Source: an uncultured Desulfobacteraceae bacterium
GTDB taxonomy: Bacteria > Desulfobacterota > Desulfobacteria > Desulfobacterales > JAABSP01
Assembly: GCA_964652715.1 (NCBI GenBank)
Contig: CAZZBE010000004.1
Location: forward strand, 1 to 57,079
Reading direction: 5' to 3'
DNA: 57,079 bases
The notes below the pieces were generated by a model. The model had not been told where the DNA came from. It saw only the letters and a program-made list of their open reading frames with translations, and searched no databases. Shown here in pieces: positions 21,158-31,278 of the stretch (position 1 is its first letter; the number at the start of each line of letters is the position of its first letter). A program made the position numbers and the translations under genes.

Positions 21158-22138
21158 ATGGACATTAAAAAAGAGATCAAATCCCTGCTGCGGCACGCCG
21201 AACTGTACAAGTCCCAGGGACTCCTCAACGAATCGTTGGAACAGTACGTCCAGGCCGGCCGGATGCTCAAAAAGCATGCCGCCCGCATCGGCAACAAAAA
21301 GCTCCTGCCGGCGGTGGCCGGGCGGATCAGGGACCTGAAAGCGGAGATCGCGCGCATCGAAGCCTCCCCGGACATGTCGGAGGTGCCGGAAAAAGCCCAG
21401 AACATCATCAAGGAGAAGTTCGCCTTTGCCGAAAAGGAGGAGAGCCGGGACCTGGAAGGCGCCGTCGCCCTGGTCAAGTTCGGCCAGTTCGAACGGGCCC
21501 TGCGGGAATTTCAGCGGTTGATGGGCCGGGAAGAATTCAAGCTCGACGCCGCCAAAAACATCATCCGCTGCCACGTGACCCTTGACACCCTGGGCGACGC
21601 CGCGGCCCAGTACCGGGAATGGTTCGACAACGAGAGGCTCTCCGCCGAGGAACTCAACAGACTCCGCGTCTTTCTCCAGTCCATCCTCGACAAAAAAGGG
21701 GTCCGGGAGACCCTGCCGGTCCGGGAACCCGCGCCGGCGGTCCGACCGGCCGTGGTGGAGGATCAGGGCGTCATGGACGGCGAGATCATCATGCCGGAGC
21801 TTGTGGAGGGCGAGGTCATGGGCGAGGAGATCTCCGAGGAGGAGATCATCGACATCAGCTCCGTGGAGATCACTTTGGAGGAAGGGCCGGGCAAAGGCAA
21901 AACGGTGGAGTACGACGTCAGCTTCCAGTCGGGTCGGGTCATCAACCTGCTGATCTCCTCCTCGGACAAGACCCTCATCGAAACCCTCCGGACGGGGCTC
22001 GAACTCAAAAAGGTCCATTTCTATTCTCCCATCGCCATGTTCAACGGCGAGGGGGTGGTCTTTTCCAAATCGCGCATCGAATCCGGTCCCAAGCAGGGCG
22101 ACTACAGTCTGGATATCCAGATACAGCGCATCCGGTAA
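21158..22138 (+). CDS. hypothetical protein: helical/TPR-like N-terminal half, acidic linker, PilZ-like beta-rich C-terminus
   Basis: The ORF has host-like codon usage. A GAGGGGA SD-like motif lies 5 nt upstream of the ATG at 21158. It is immediately upstream of the mglA-like gene. The domain calls are weak and made by eye. Confidence 0.55.
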   Translation: MDIKKEIKSLLRHAELYKSQGLLNESLEQYVQAGRMLKKHAARIGNKKLLPAVAGRIRDLKAEIARIEASPDMSEVPEKAQNIIKEKFAFAEKEESRDLEGAVALVKFGQFERALREFQRLMGREEFKLDAAKNIIRCHVTLDTLGDAAAQYREWFDNERLSAEELNRLRVFLQSILDKKGVRETLPVREPAPAVRPAVVEDQGVMDGEIIMPELVEGEVMGEEISEEEIIDISSVEITLEEGPGKGKTVEYDVSFQSGRVINLLISSSDKTLIETLRTGLELKKVHFYSPIAMFNGEGVVFSKSRIESGPKQGDYSLDIQIQRIR

Positions 22139-22159
22139 CCTACCCACGGAAAACGGATC

Positions 22160-22768
22160 ATGGCCAACATCAATCTGAAAAAGCGGGAAGTCGAGTGCAA
22201 GATCGTTTACTACGGGCCGGGCCGGTGCGGAAAAACCACGAATCTCGAGTATATCTTTCGAACGTTCCAGAAACAGGTCGCCGGAGATATGGTCACCACT
22301 GAAACCGACGGGGACCGGACCCTCTTCTTCGATTTTCTGCCCATGGGGCTGGGCAGGATCCGGGGCTACGACGTCCGGCTCCAGCTCTACACGGTGCCCG
22401 GCCAGGTGAAATACAGCGCCACCCGGAAGATGGTGCTCCGGGAGGTGGACGGCGTGGTCTTCGTGGCCGACTCCCTGGCGGTCCGGCGGAAAAAGAACGT
22501 CATTTCCCTGAAGGATCTCCACGAAAATCTCAAGGAATACGGCCTCAGCATCTCTAAAATTCCATTGGTCCTGCAATACAACAAACGGGACCTGGCGGAA
22601 CAGGGCATCCCGCTCATGCCCCTCAAGACCATGGAGCGGGATCTCAATCGCCAGCTCAAGGCGCCCTCTTTCCCCGCCAGCGCCGTCAAGGGCGTCGGCG
22701 TCGGGGACACGTTGAAGACCTGCATCAAGCTGACGCTGAAATCTCTTAAAAAACAGATGGGATGGTAA
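22160..22768 (+). CDS. mglA: MglA-family Ras-like small GTPase
   Basis: REVECKIVYYGPGRCGKTTNLEYIF (P-loop), LQLYTVPGQVKY and LQYNKRDL closely match the Myxococcus MglA pattern. Confidence 0.9.
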   Translation: MANINLKKREVECKIVYYGPGRCGKTTNLEYIFRTFQKQVAGDMVTTETDGDRTLFFDFLPMGLGRIRGYDVRLQLYTVPGQVKYSATRKMVLREVDGVVFVADSLAVRRKKNVISLKDLHENLKEYGLSISKIPLVLQYNKRDLAEQGIPLMPLKTMERDLNRQLKAPSFPASAVKGVGVGDTLKTCIKLTLKSLKKQMGW

Positions 22769-22780
22769 GGTCAATAATCC

Positions 22781-24007
22781 ATGGGCGCACCCGTACTATC
22801 CGGCAGTCTCGATTTTCTCGCCCTGGGCGACCTCATCCAGGTCATCGGCCCCAACGGCGGCACCGGCGTGCTTCGGATCATCTCCCCGTACGCGCCGGAG
22901 CCCGGCCTGCTTTATTTCGTCAAGGGCAACATCACCAACGCCAAAGCCCGGGACAAAAGCGGACTGAAGGCGGCCTACGCGCTTTTCGGCTGGCTCGAAG
23001 GGACCTTCGAATTCGTCGAAGAAGAGGTCGCGGTCCCCAAGGTCATCAACGAAAACCGGATGGCCATTATCCTCGACGGCAACCGAATGCTGGACGACGG
23101 GCAGATCGAGAAGCTGGGACCGATCTCCTTCGAAGAGCAGATGGCCGCCGCCGCCGACGAGGCCGCCCACTACGACAAGCCCCTCTCCCATCCCGTCATC
23201 AAGGGGCCGCTGGTGGATTACATGTACGTGGTCAGCGAAGACGCCTTTTCCGAGGGGCAGACCATCGTGGAGGAGAACACCCACGGCTCCTGGAACTGGA
23301 CCGTTCTGGAGGGGCTGGTGGACATCGTCAAGGAGACGAGCAAAGGGCCCATCAAGCTCTACCGGATGGGGGACGGCGCCTTCCTGGGGAGCCTCGACGC
23401 TCTTTCTTTTAAAGGAGGCCCCCGGAACGCCACGGCGGTGGCGGCCTCCAACGTCCAGCTGGGGGTCCTCGACACCCAGCGCCTGACCTCGGAATACGCC
23501 GCCCTGTCCCCGGCCTTTCGCAAGCTGCTGTGGAGCCTGGAAAACCGGTTGCGGGAGGTGACCGAGTACGCCATCGGGGCCCGCCAGAACGCCCACGACA
23601 CCAAAGAACTGCTGAAGAACGCCAAACTGGTGATCCGCCAGAGCAGCAGCGAACTCCGCAACTTCTTCACCATCGTCGAAGGCGGGGCGTTCGTGGTTCA
23701 GCACACGGACATCGGCCAACTGCTGCTGTCCAAACTCGGGCCCGGGGATTTTGTGGGGAAAATTCCGTTTCTGGACATCGGGCACGAACCCCTCACGGCG
23801 TCGGTCTTCGCCACATCGACCTTCAAGGTGGACAAGCCGGACATCACCCGGCTCAAGGAGGAGTACGAAGGGCTTTCCGGCATGTTCCGCGGATTGATCG
23901 ACAATGTCTCCACCAGCGTCATGGTCGCGACCCGGCTGGCCTACGACTTTCAGCGGCGGAACGCGGCCGACCGGGCCAAAAAGCAGCCAAAATCAAAAAA
24001 AAGATAA
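22781..24007 (+). CDS. DUF4388 (PATAN) domain protein with two cNMP-binding-like domains
   Basis: The N-terminus LSGSLDFLALGDLIQVIGPNGGTGVLRI ... GNITNA ... ALFGWLEGTFEF is the DUF4388 signature. Two beta-roll cNMP-like segments follow. Confidence 0.75.
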   Translation: MGAPVLSGSLDFLALGDLIQVIGPNGGTGVLRIISPYAPEPGLLYFVKGNITNAKARDKSGLKAAYALFGWLEGTFEFVEEEVAVPKVINENRMAIILDGNRMLDDGQIEKLGPISFEEQMAAAADEAAHYDKPLSHPVIKGPLVDYMYVVSEDAFSEGQTIVEENTHGSWNWTVLEGLVDIVKETSKGPIKLYRMGDGAFLGSLDALSFKGGPRNATAVAASNVQLGVLDTQRLTSEYAALSPAFRKLLWSLENRLREVTEYAIGARQNAHDTKELLKNAKLVIRQSSSELRNFFTIVEGGAFVVQHTDIGQLLLSKLGPGDFVGKIPFLDIGHEPLTASVFATSTFKVDKPDITRLKEEYEGLSGMFRGLIDNVSTSVMVATRLAYDFQRRNAADRAKKQPKSKKR

Positions 24008-24022
24008 GGATGCCAGGACGAT

Positions 24023-24379
24023 ATGAGCATTGAAAAACGCAGACACATCCGGATCGATTCGGAAAACCTGTCCCACGTCGCCGTGGAAGACAGGGAAGGA
24101 CCCGTTGCCGAGGGGATCGGCAAGACCCTGAACATATCGGAGTCGGGCATCCTGCTGGAGACCCATTTCCCCATGGAAAGCGGGCAGGGAGTGGATCTGA
24201 CCCTGGCCCTGGAAGAGGAACTGGTGACGGTGAAAGGCGAGGTCGTCCATTGCCGGATCGACGACCGGGGCGCGGCCCGCACCGGCGTCCGGTTCAGGGA
24301 CCTGGACGATGCCGCCCTGCGGGTCCTGAAGCAGTTCGTGGTGCTGTTCAGACAACAACGATCTTTAAACGAATTATAG
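24023..24379 (+). CDS. PilZ-domain protein (c-di-GMP receptor type)
   Basis: RRHIR (RxxxR) at the N-terminus and NISESG (D/NxSxxG) are present. The length is 118 aa. Confidence 0.8.
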   Translation: MSIEKRRHIRIDSENLSHVAVEDREGPVAEGIGKTLNISESGILLETHFPMESGQGVDLTLALEEELVTVKGEVVHCRIDDRGAARTGVRFRDLDDAALRVLKQFVVLFRQQRSLNEL

Positions 24380-24390
24380 GAGCAAAGCGC

Positions 24391-25287
24391 GTGAGCACAG
24401 CCGTTTATGAGACCGATTTCAAGGAGTTGACGTTGATCAAGCGGGGCAAGGTCCGGGATCTCTACGATCTGGGGGACGCCCTCCTCATGGTCGCCAGCGA
24501 CCGGATTTCCGCCTTTGACGTGGTGATGCCGGATCCCATCCCCGACAAGGGGAAGGTGCTGACCCAAATCTCTCTTTTCTGGTTCGGGAAGATGGCCCCT
24601 TTGGTGAAAAACCACGTCATTTCCGGCAACGCGGCGGATTTTCCCCCGGCCTGCCGGCCCTATGCCGACATTCTGGAAGGACGGAGCATGCTGGTGGAAA
24701 AGACCGACCCGCTGCCCATCGAATGCGTGGCGCGGGGCTACATATCGGGGTCGGGATGGAAGTCCTACCGGCGGGAAGGCTCGGTCTGCGGCATCCCGCT
24801 GCCCGACGGACTGGTGGAGTCGGACCGGCTGCCGGACCCGCTTTTCACCCCCTCCACCAAGGAGGAGGCCGGGGCCCACGACATCAACATCGATTTCGAG
24901 GAGGCCGCCCGACGGATCGGCCGCCCCGCCGCGGAGAAGGCCAGGGATCTGAGCCTCCAAATCTACAACCGGGGGGCGGAACTGGCCCGGGAGAAGGGGA
25001 TCATCATCGCGGACACCAAATTCGAATTCGGGCTGAAGGACGGCGATCTCATCCTCATCGACGAAGTTCTCACCCCCGACTCGTCCCGGTTCTGGCCCCA
25101 GGACCGCTACAGGCCAGGGGGCGGCCAGGAGAGCTTCGACAAGCAGTACCTGCGGGATTACCTCGACTCCGTTGAATGGGACAAAACCCCGCCCGCTCCG
25201 TCCCTCCCCGAAGCGGTCATCGAAAACACCCGGAAGAAATACCTGGAAGCGCTGGAGCGGCTGACCGGAAACACCGATGGCGTTTGA
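24391..25287 (+). CDS. purC: phosphoribosylaminoimidazole-succinocarboxamide synthase
   Basis: [17 protein letters not shown] and [14 protein letters not shown] are present. A GTG start at 24391 is preceded by AGGAG. The track ATG at 24250 lies inside the PilZ gene. Confidence 0.92.
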   Translation: MSTAVYETDFKELTLIKRGKVRDLYDLGDALLMVASDRISAFDVVMPDPIPDKGKVLTQISLFWFGKMAPLVKNHVISGNAADFPPACRPYADILEGRSMLVEKTDPLPIECVARGYISGSGWKSYRREGSVCGIPLPDGLVESDRLPDPLFTPSTKEEAGAHDINIDFEEAARRIGRPAAEKARDLSLQIYNRGAELAREKGIIIADTKFEFGLKDGDLILIDEVLTPDSSRFWPQDRYRPGGGQESFDKQYLRDYLDSVEWDKTPPAPSLPEAVIENTRKKYLEALERLTGNTDGV

Positions 25288-26245
25288 CGACGCCGTCGTC
25301 GACCTGACGCGCATCGATGCGGAAGACAACGCCTTCCGCATCACCACGAACACCGGGAACGCCGCCCTGGCGAAATCGATTCTGGGGGTGGGGCTCATCG
25401 CCCCTCCCCTCCTGCTGTCCAGGTCCAAAGACGGCGGCGACGCCGGGTTTCGGATCGTCGCCGGGTTCCGCCGGGTGGCCGCCTGCAAGGCGCTGGGCCG
25501 GCGCCGGATTTCGGCCCGCGTTCTTCCGCCGGAGACGCCGGGGCTGACGTGCGCCCGGCTGGCCGCGGCGGACAACGCGTTGCAGCGGTCCCTCAATCCC
25601 ATTGAAATCTCCCGGGCCCTGACGTTGTTGTCGCGCCATCTTTCGGATTCCGCCGACCTGGCGGCGACCGCGGGAGACCTGGGGCTTCCCGACGCGCCCG
25701 ATCCCATCCGGAAGCTGCTGCCGCTGTGTACGCTGCCGGCCGAACTTCAATCGGGCATCCTGTCCGGGGCGATTTCGCTTTCCATGGCCCGGACCCTCTC
25801 GGTCCTGGACAGCGACCTGGCCGTCGCCCTCGTCCGTCTTTTCAGCGACCTCAGGCTGAGCCTCAACAAGCAGCGGGAGGTGCTGACCCTGCTGCAGGAG
25901 ATCGCGTTGCGGGAGGAGCGGACCGCGGCGGACGTTTTAAACGATGCCGCGGTGCAATCCATCCTCGGGGACCCCGAAGCGGATCGGAACCAGCGGGCCG
26001 CCGCCCTGCGCCGCTGGCTGCGGCGTCGCCGGCGCCCGGCCGTCAGCAGGGCCGAGGCCGCCTTTACCGAAGCCGTCCGGGAGTTGCCCCTGGGCGAAGG
26101 CGTCCGGTTGATCCCCCCCAAAGACTTCGAATCCCCGGTGTATACCCTCTCCCTGGCGTTCAAATCCCGCTCTGAACTGTCCGACCGGAACCGCCGCATC
26201 GGCGAAATCCTCTCACATCCGGCCCTGGGTACGATCCTTTCCTGA
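25277..26245 (+). CDS. ParB/Srx-fold N-terminal domain protein
   Basis: [15 protein letters not shown] matches the ParB GxRRxxA box. The gene overlaps the purC end by 11 nt. Confidence 0.6.
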   Translation: MAFDDAVVDLTRIDAEDNAFRITTNTGNAALAKSILGVGLIAPPLLLSRSKDGGDAGFRIVAGFRRVAACKALGRRRISARVLPPETPGLTCARLAAADNALQRSLNPIEISRALTLLSRHLSDSADLAATAGDLGLPDAPDPIRKLLPLCTLPAELQSGILSGAISLSMARTLSVLDSDLAVALVRLFSDLRLSLNKQREVLTLLQEIALREERTAADVLNDAAVQSILGDPEADRNQRAAALRRWLRRRRRPAVSRAEAAFTEAVRELPLGEGVRLIPPKDFESPVYTLSLAFKSRSELSDRNRRIGEILSHPALGTILS

Positions 26246-26372
26246 TCGCCCCCTAAAAATTTTCACCCCCCAGGCTGCATTCAACCCCCTGTAATACAAT
26301 TAAATAGTGTTGTTTTAGAAAACAATTCTTTAATAATTCCTATTTAAATGTCAAATAAATGAATTTTTTTTC

Positions 26373-26401
26373 TTGACTAAAGAAAAAGTATATCCCATAG
26401 T
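26373..26401 (+). promoter_or_regulatory. candidate promoter TTGACT-N17-CATAGT upstream of the TetR/acs unit
   Basis: The hexamers lie in an AT-rich intergenic region about 35 nt upstream of the TetR ATG. Confidence 0.4.
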
Positions 26402-26434
26402 GTGCTCAAACAAATAAATTAGATTCATTAAATT

Positions 26435-27112
26435 ATGGGAATCCAGGAACGAAAAAAGCGGGAAAGAGAACGACGACGCCAACAGATCATGGTGGCGGCA
26501 AAGCGGGTTTTTTCCGAAAAAGGCCTCAACAAGGCGACCATGGAAGACATCGCCAAAGAGGCGGAATTGAGCCCGGGGACGCTGTATCTGTATTTCAAGA
26601 ACAAAGACGAACTGTTCTCATCGCTCTCGATCCGGATTCTTCAGTACCTCAATATCCGGCTGGAGCACATTACCAACACCGAGGGCGGGAAAAAGCCCAG
26701 GGACCGGATCGAGGCCCTCAAGGAGGCCATGTACGATGTTTACGAATTCGATCCGGTGATGCTCATCAACATGTTCCACCTCCAGTCCAGCGAAACCCTC
26801 AAAAACCTCTCCCCCGAACTGCTCGACAACATAAAGGAACTCTCCCAGAGTTCCATCCAGACCACGGCGAAGCTGTTCGGGAAGGGCATCGAGGAGGGGG
26901 AATTCATCGACGAACATCCCGTGGCCCTGGCGGGGATCGTGTGGGCGATCTTCTCCGGGGTCGTGCTGTGGGAGGAGAGCAAACGGATCATCAACGACGA
27001 GAAAAACTACCTGAAACAGACGCTCGGAACCGCATTCGAGATCTTCGAACGGGGGATCCGGAAAACGCCGGCGAAACAAGGCAATTCGAGGGAGGCAGAT
27101 GGTTCAACATAA
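26435..27112 (+). CDS. TetR-family transcriptional regulator
   Basis: The N-terminal HTH is ATMEDIAKEAELSPGTLYLYFKNKDELF. Confidence 0.9.
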   Translation: MGIQERKKRERERRRQQIMVAAKRVFSEKGLNKATMEDIAKEAELSPGTLYLYFKNKDELFSSLSIRILQYLNIRLEHITNTEGGKKPRDRIEALKEAMYDVYEFDPVMLINMFHLQSSETLKNLSPELLDNIKELSQSSIQTTAKLFGKGIEEGEFIDEHPVALAGIVWAIFSGVVLWEESKRIINDEKNYLKQTLGTAFEIFERGIRKTPAKQGNSREADGST

Positions 27113-27160
27113 ACCCGTAAACCCGTAAACCCTGAGAAACAAAAAAGGAGGAGGTAAGAA

Positions 27161-29197
27161 ATGGCGGAAGAAAAAGAATATGGCGGATCGGAAGCTGAAA
27201 TCGCGGTACACTGGCAGGAAGAAGGGCTGTTCATGCCGTCGGTGGATTTCATCGCCCAGGCGAACATGACCGACATGGGCATCTACGACCGGTTCAGCCT
27301 GGACAATTTCCCCAACTGCTTCAAAGAGTACGCGGACATGCTCGACTGGTACGAATATTGGGATGAAATCCTCGACACCAGCGACGCGCCGTGTTTCAAG
27401 TGGTTCAAGGGGGGCAAGCTCAACGCCTCCTACAACTGCGTGGACCGCCACCTGAAGAAGAACAAGAACAAGACGGCGCTCCATTTCGTCCCCGAACTGG
27501 TAGAAGAAAAGACCGAGCACATCACCTACCAGGAACTCTATGTGCGGGTCAACGAGATGGCGGCCGTGCTTCGGGACTACTGCGGCCTCAAAGCGGGCGA
27601 CCGGGTGACGCTCCATCTTCCCATGACCCCGGAACTGCCCATCACCATGCTGGCCTGCGCCCGGCTGGGCGTCATCCACTCCCAGGTGTTCGGCGGGTTC
27701 AGCGGCAAGGCGGCGGCCGACCGCGTCGTCGACTCCGGATCGGATTACCTCATCACCATGGACGCCTATTACCGGGGCGGCAAGCTGCTCAGCCACAAGG
27801 AAAAGGCGGACGAAGCCGCGGCCGAGGCGGAAAAGGAAGGGCAGAAGCTCAAGAAAGTCCTGATCTGGCAGCGGTATCCCGGCAAGTATTCCTCGGAAGT
27901 CCCCATGGTCGACGGCCGGGACGTGTTTGTCAACGACATCCTGAAGGACTACTACGGCGTCCGGGTCGATCCGGTCCCCATGCCGGCGGAAGCGCCCCTG
28001 TTCCTGATGTACACCTCCGGCACCACCGGCAAACCCAAGGGGTGTCAGCACGGCACCGGCGGCTATCTCGCCTATGTGACCGGCACCTCCAAATACGTCC
28101 AGGACATCCATCCCGAAGACGTCTACTGGTGCATGGCCGACATCGGCTGGATCACCGGCCACTCCTACATCGTCTACGGGCCGCTTTCCCTCTGCGCCTC
28201 GTCCGTCATCTACGAAGGGATTCCCAACTATCCCGACGCCGGACGCTGCTGGCGGATCGCCCAGGATCTGGACGTCAACATTTTCCACACCGCCCCCACC
28301 GCTATCCGGGCCCTGCGGAAGATCGGTCCGGACGAGCCCGCGAAGTACAACTACGACTTCAAGCACATGACCACCGTGGGCGAACCCATCGAGCCGGAGG
28401 TCTGGAAGTGGTATTACAAAGTGGTGGGCAAGGGCAAGGCCGCCATCGTGGACACCTGGTGGCAGACCGAAACCGGCGGGTTCCTCTGCTCCACCCTGCC
28501 GGCCCTCAAGCCCATGAAGCCCGGCAGCGCCGGCCCCGGCATGCCCGGCATCCATTCCATCATCTACGATGAAGACGGCAAGGAGATCCCGCCGGGCGTC
28601 GGCAAGGCGGGCAACATCTGCATCCAGAACCCCTGGCCCGGCATGTTCCAGACCATCTGGGGCGACCGGGACCGGTTCGTGCGCCAGTACTTCGAACGCT
28701 ACTGCAAGGATCCCAAGTCCACGGACTGGCGCGACTGGCCCTATCTGACCGGCGACGCCGCGGTGATGGCCGAAGACGGCTACGTCCGGATCCTGGGCCG
28801 CATCGACGACGTCATCAACGTCTCCGGCCACCGGCTGGGCACCAAGGAGATCGAATCCGCCGCCCTGGTGGTGGAAGAGGTCGCGGAATCGGCGGTCGTC
28901 CCGGTCAAGCACGAGATCAAGGGCAAGGAGCCGGATCTGTACGTCTCCCTCAAACCCGGGTTCGAGGCCACCGAGGCGCTGGAAAAGAAGATCATCGACG
29001 CCATCGTCAGGGAAATCGGCGCCATCGCGAAACCCCGAAAGGTCTGGATCGTGCCCGACATGCCCAAAACCCGGTCCGGGAAGATCATGCGGCGCGTCCT
29101 GGGCGCCATCTCCAACGAATCGGATGTGGGGGATGTCATGACCCTGGCGAACCCCGAAATCGTCGAGCACATCAGCGAAATGGTGGGGAAGAAGTAA
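27161..29197 (+). CDS. acs: acetyl-CoA synthetase (AMP-forming)
   Basis: YTSGTTGKPKG, WWQTETGG, GRIDDVINVSGHRLGT and PKTRSGKIMRR (the regulatory acetyl-lysine context) are present. A strong AAGGAGG SD precedes the start. Confidence 0.93.
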   Translation: MAEEKEYGGSEAEIAVHWQEEGLFMPSVDFIAQANMTDMGIYDRFSLDNFPNCFKEYADMLDWYEYWDEILDTSDAPCFKWFKGGKLNASYNCVDRHLKKNKNKTALHFVPELVEEKTEHITYQELYVRVNEMAAVLRDYCGLKAGDRVTLHLPMTPELPITMLACARLGVIHSQVFGGFSGKAAADRVVDSGSDYLITMDAYYRGGKLLSHKEKADEAAAEAEKEGQKLKKVLIWQRYPGKYSSEVPMVDGRDVFVNDILKDYYGVRVDPVPMPAEAPLFLMYTSGTTGKPKGCQHGTGGYLAYVTGTSKYVQDIHPEDVYWCMADIGWITGHSYIVYGPLSLCASSVIYEGIPNYPDAGRCWRIAQDLDVNIFHTAPTAIRALRKIGPDEPAKYNYDFKHMTTVGEPIEPEVWKWYYKVVGKGKAAIVDTWWQTETGGFLCSTLPALKPMKPGSAGPGMPGIHSIIYDEDGKEIPPGVGKAGNICIQNPWPGMFQTIWGDRDRFVRQYFERYCKDPKSTDWRDWPYLTGDAAVMAEDGYVRILGRIDDVINVSGHRLGTKEIESAALVVEEVAESAVVPVKHEIKGKEPDLYVSLKPGFEATEALEKKIIDAIVREIGAIAKPRKVWIVPDMPKTRSGKIMRRVLGAISNESDVGDVMTLANPEIVEHISEMVGKK

Positions 29198-29216
29198 GCG
29201 CCGGATAAAACCCGCA

Positions 29217-29260
29217 TCCCCGGGGCGGCGGAAACCCAAGCGGTTCCGCCGCCCCGGGGA
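29217..29260 (+). terminator. long GC hairpin after acs (about 19 bp, no T-tract)
   Basis: TCCCCGGGGCGGCGGAA(A)CC-CAAGC-GGTTCCGCCGCCCCGGGGA. Its role as terminator, attenuator or processing site cannot be decided from sequence. Confidence 0.4.
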
Positions 29261-29418
29261 CAACGAGAGGGGGTTCACCGATATGTCAACAATACGAGGC
29301 AGCCCGGAAAGGGGGTGAGAACCAAGAGACGATACAGGCGCATCCAAAGACTTCTCGGGATGCATTGGGTAAGTTTGCCGGTCAACTTCTTGCACTGATG
29401 GCACAGGAGGATTAGAAA

Positions 29419-31221
29419 ATGCAAAGCAGCACCATATGGGTATACATATTCCTTGGGCTTTATATCATCTATTGTTTCTACTGGGGGCTGAAGGGGTATT
29501 TCACGGAAAAGACCTCTTCGGGGTACTCCATCGCCGGCCGTTCGATTCCCTTTGTCGCCTTTCTCATGGCGGCGACGGCGGCCTCGTTCTCGGGCTGGAC
29601 CTTTATCGGCCACCCGGGGCTGATCTGGCGGGACGGGTTGGCATACGCCTTTGCGTCCTTTTACGTGTTGACCATTCCCATCACCGGGACGTTTTTCTCG
29701 AAACGGACCTGGCTGCTGGGCAAGCGCTACGGGTTCATCACCCCCGGCGACATGTACGCCTATTACTATAACAACGAAGTGATCCGCTGGCTGGTGGTGG
29801 TCACCGCCGTGCTGTACTCCATTTTCTACTCGGCGGTGCAGCTCATGGCGGCCGGCGCCCTGTTCAACGTTATCGCGGGCGTTCCGTTCACCTTCGGCGC
29901 GCTTTTCCTCGCGTTCATCGTATGGTTTTACGTCTGCACCGGCGGTCTGAAAGCGTCAACGTGGGTGGGGGTGATCCAGTTCATCCTCCTTGTGGGCGGC
30001 ATCATCATCCTCGGGTTCTTCGTCATCCAGGCGAAACAGTTCGGCGGATGGTCCGGTTTTTCCGAGGCTGTCGCCAACCTGGAGAACAAGCAACTCCTGA
30101 AAGTGCCCCGGGTGATCAACTTCGGCCTGGGCGGCGCCGAAGGCGAATCCGCCTGGACGGCGGTGATGATTCTCACCTATATGTTCGCCCTCATGGGGAT
30201 TCAGTCCTCCCCGGCGTTCACCATGTGGACCTTCGGCATCAAGTCCCCGAAGCCCCTGGCCTGGCAGCAGGCCTTCATGTCCACCTTCGTGGTCGGCTTC
30301 GCGCTGTTCTTCTTCACCGCTTTCCAGGGCATGGGCGCCAAGATCCTCGAAATCCAGGGTGTCGCCGAATTCGCCGGCCTAAACAATAGAACCGTCGTGC
30401 CGCTGCTGATGCAACACTTCTTGCCGCCGGTCATGCTGGGGCTGGTGTTCATGGGCGCCATCGCGGCCATTCATTCCACCGCCGCGCCTTACATCGGCAC
30501 CGGCGGGTCGATCCTGCTCCGGGACGTCTACTGGCGGGTCATCAAAAAGCAGAACGTGAGCGACGCCGAGCAGATCTGGGTCAATCGTCTTCTGGCCACC
30601 CTGCTAACCATTCTGGCGCTTGTCGTCGGTCTCACCTCGAAGGCGGCCCTCGTTATTCTGGGAGCGCTGGCGACAGCCTTCGGTTTCGTCATGTACGTGC
30701 TCCTGGTGGGGGTCATCTGGGGCTTCAAGTTCCCCTCCAAGGGGGCCATGCTGGGCGTCCTCGCGGGCATGATCGCGGTGTTTCTGGCCTATAAGATCTG
30801 GCCGAACCCCCTGTCGATGCACGCCGCTTTCTGGGGCACCTTCACCGGTCTGGTCGTCGCGTATCTCGTTAAGGCCGCCGGAGTCAAAGACGACCAGGAA
30901 ACCACCGAACGGCAGGCCGAAATGCGCAAGTGGCTCGACGACGTGGACGAACCCACGGAAAACGGCAAGAAGTGGCGCAAGATCATGAAGATCGCGGTCC
31001 CCGTCTGGTACCTGTTCGCCATTGGCCCTTTCTGCGTCATCGGCAACAACGCGCCCTCCGTGTTCGGTTTCTCCCCGCTCTGGTCCTATCAGATCTTCTG
31101 GTGGATTCTCGGCATCATCATGATGTGGGGCCTTTGCTTCAAGGCGGAAATGTCCACCACCAGCGAGACCCAGATCCAGCGGGCCGACACCGAGCAGAAC
31201 ATCGTGGTCAAGGAAGTCTAA
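29419..31221 (+). CDS. sodium:solute symporter family (SSF/SLC5) transporter, probable monocarboxylate/acetate permease
   Basis: 600 aa, polytopic. The SSF N-terminal pattern is GYSIAGRSIPFVAFLMAATAASFSGWTFIG. It is located directly after acs. Confidence 0.9.
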   Translation: MQSSTIWVYIFLGLYIIYCFYWGLKGYFTEKTSSGYSIAGRSIPFVAFLMAATAASFSGWTFIGHPGLIWRDGLAYAFASFYVLTIPITGTFFSKRTWLLGKRYGFITPGDMYAYYYNNEVIRWLVVVTAVLYSIFYSAVQLMAAGALFNVIAGVPFTFGALFLAFIVWFYVCTGGLKASTWVGVIQFILLVGGIIILGFFVIQAKQFGGWSGFSEAVANLENKQLLKVPRVINFGLGGAEGESAWTAVMILTYMFALMGIQSSPAFTMWTFGIKSPKPLAWQQAFMSTFVVGFALFFFTAFQGMGAKILEIQGVAEFAGLNNRTVVPLLMQHFLPPVMLGLVFMGAIAAIHSTAAPYIGTGGSILLRDVYWRVIKKQNVSDAEQIWVNRLLATLLTILALVVGLTSKAALVILGALATAFGFVMYVLLVGVIWGFKFPSKGAMLGVLAGMIAVFLAYKIWPNPLSMHAAFWGTFTGLVVAYLVKAAGVKDDQETTERQAEMRKWLDDVDEPTENGKKWRKIMKIAVPVWYLFAIGPFCVIGNNAPSVFGFSPLWSYQIFWWILGIIMMWGLCFKAEMSTTSETQIQRADTEQNIVVKEV

Positions 31222-31278
31222 ACAAGCATTATTTAATTGCCGGGGGGCCTTCCCCCGGCAGGTTAAGGAGGCGTTATC

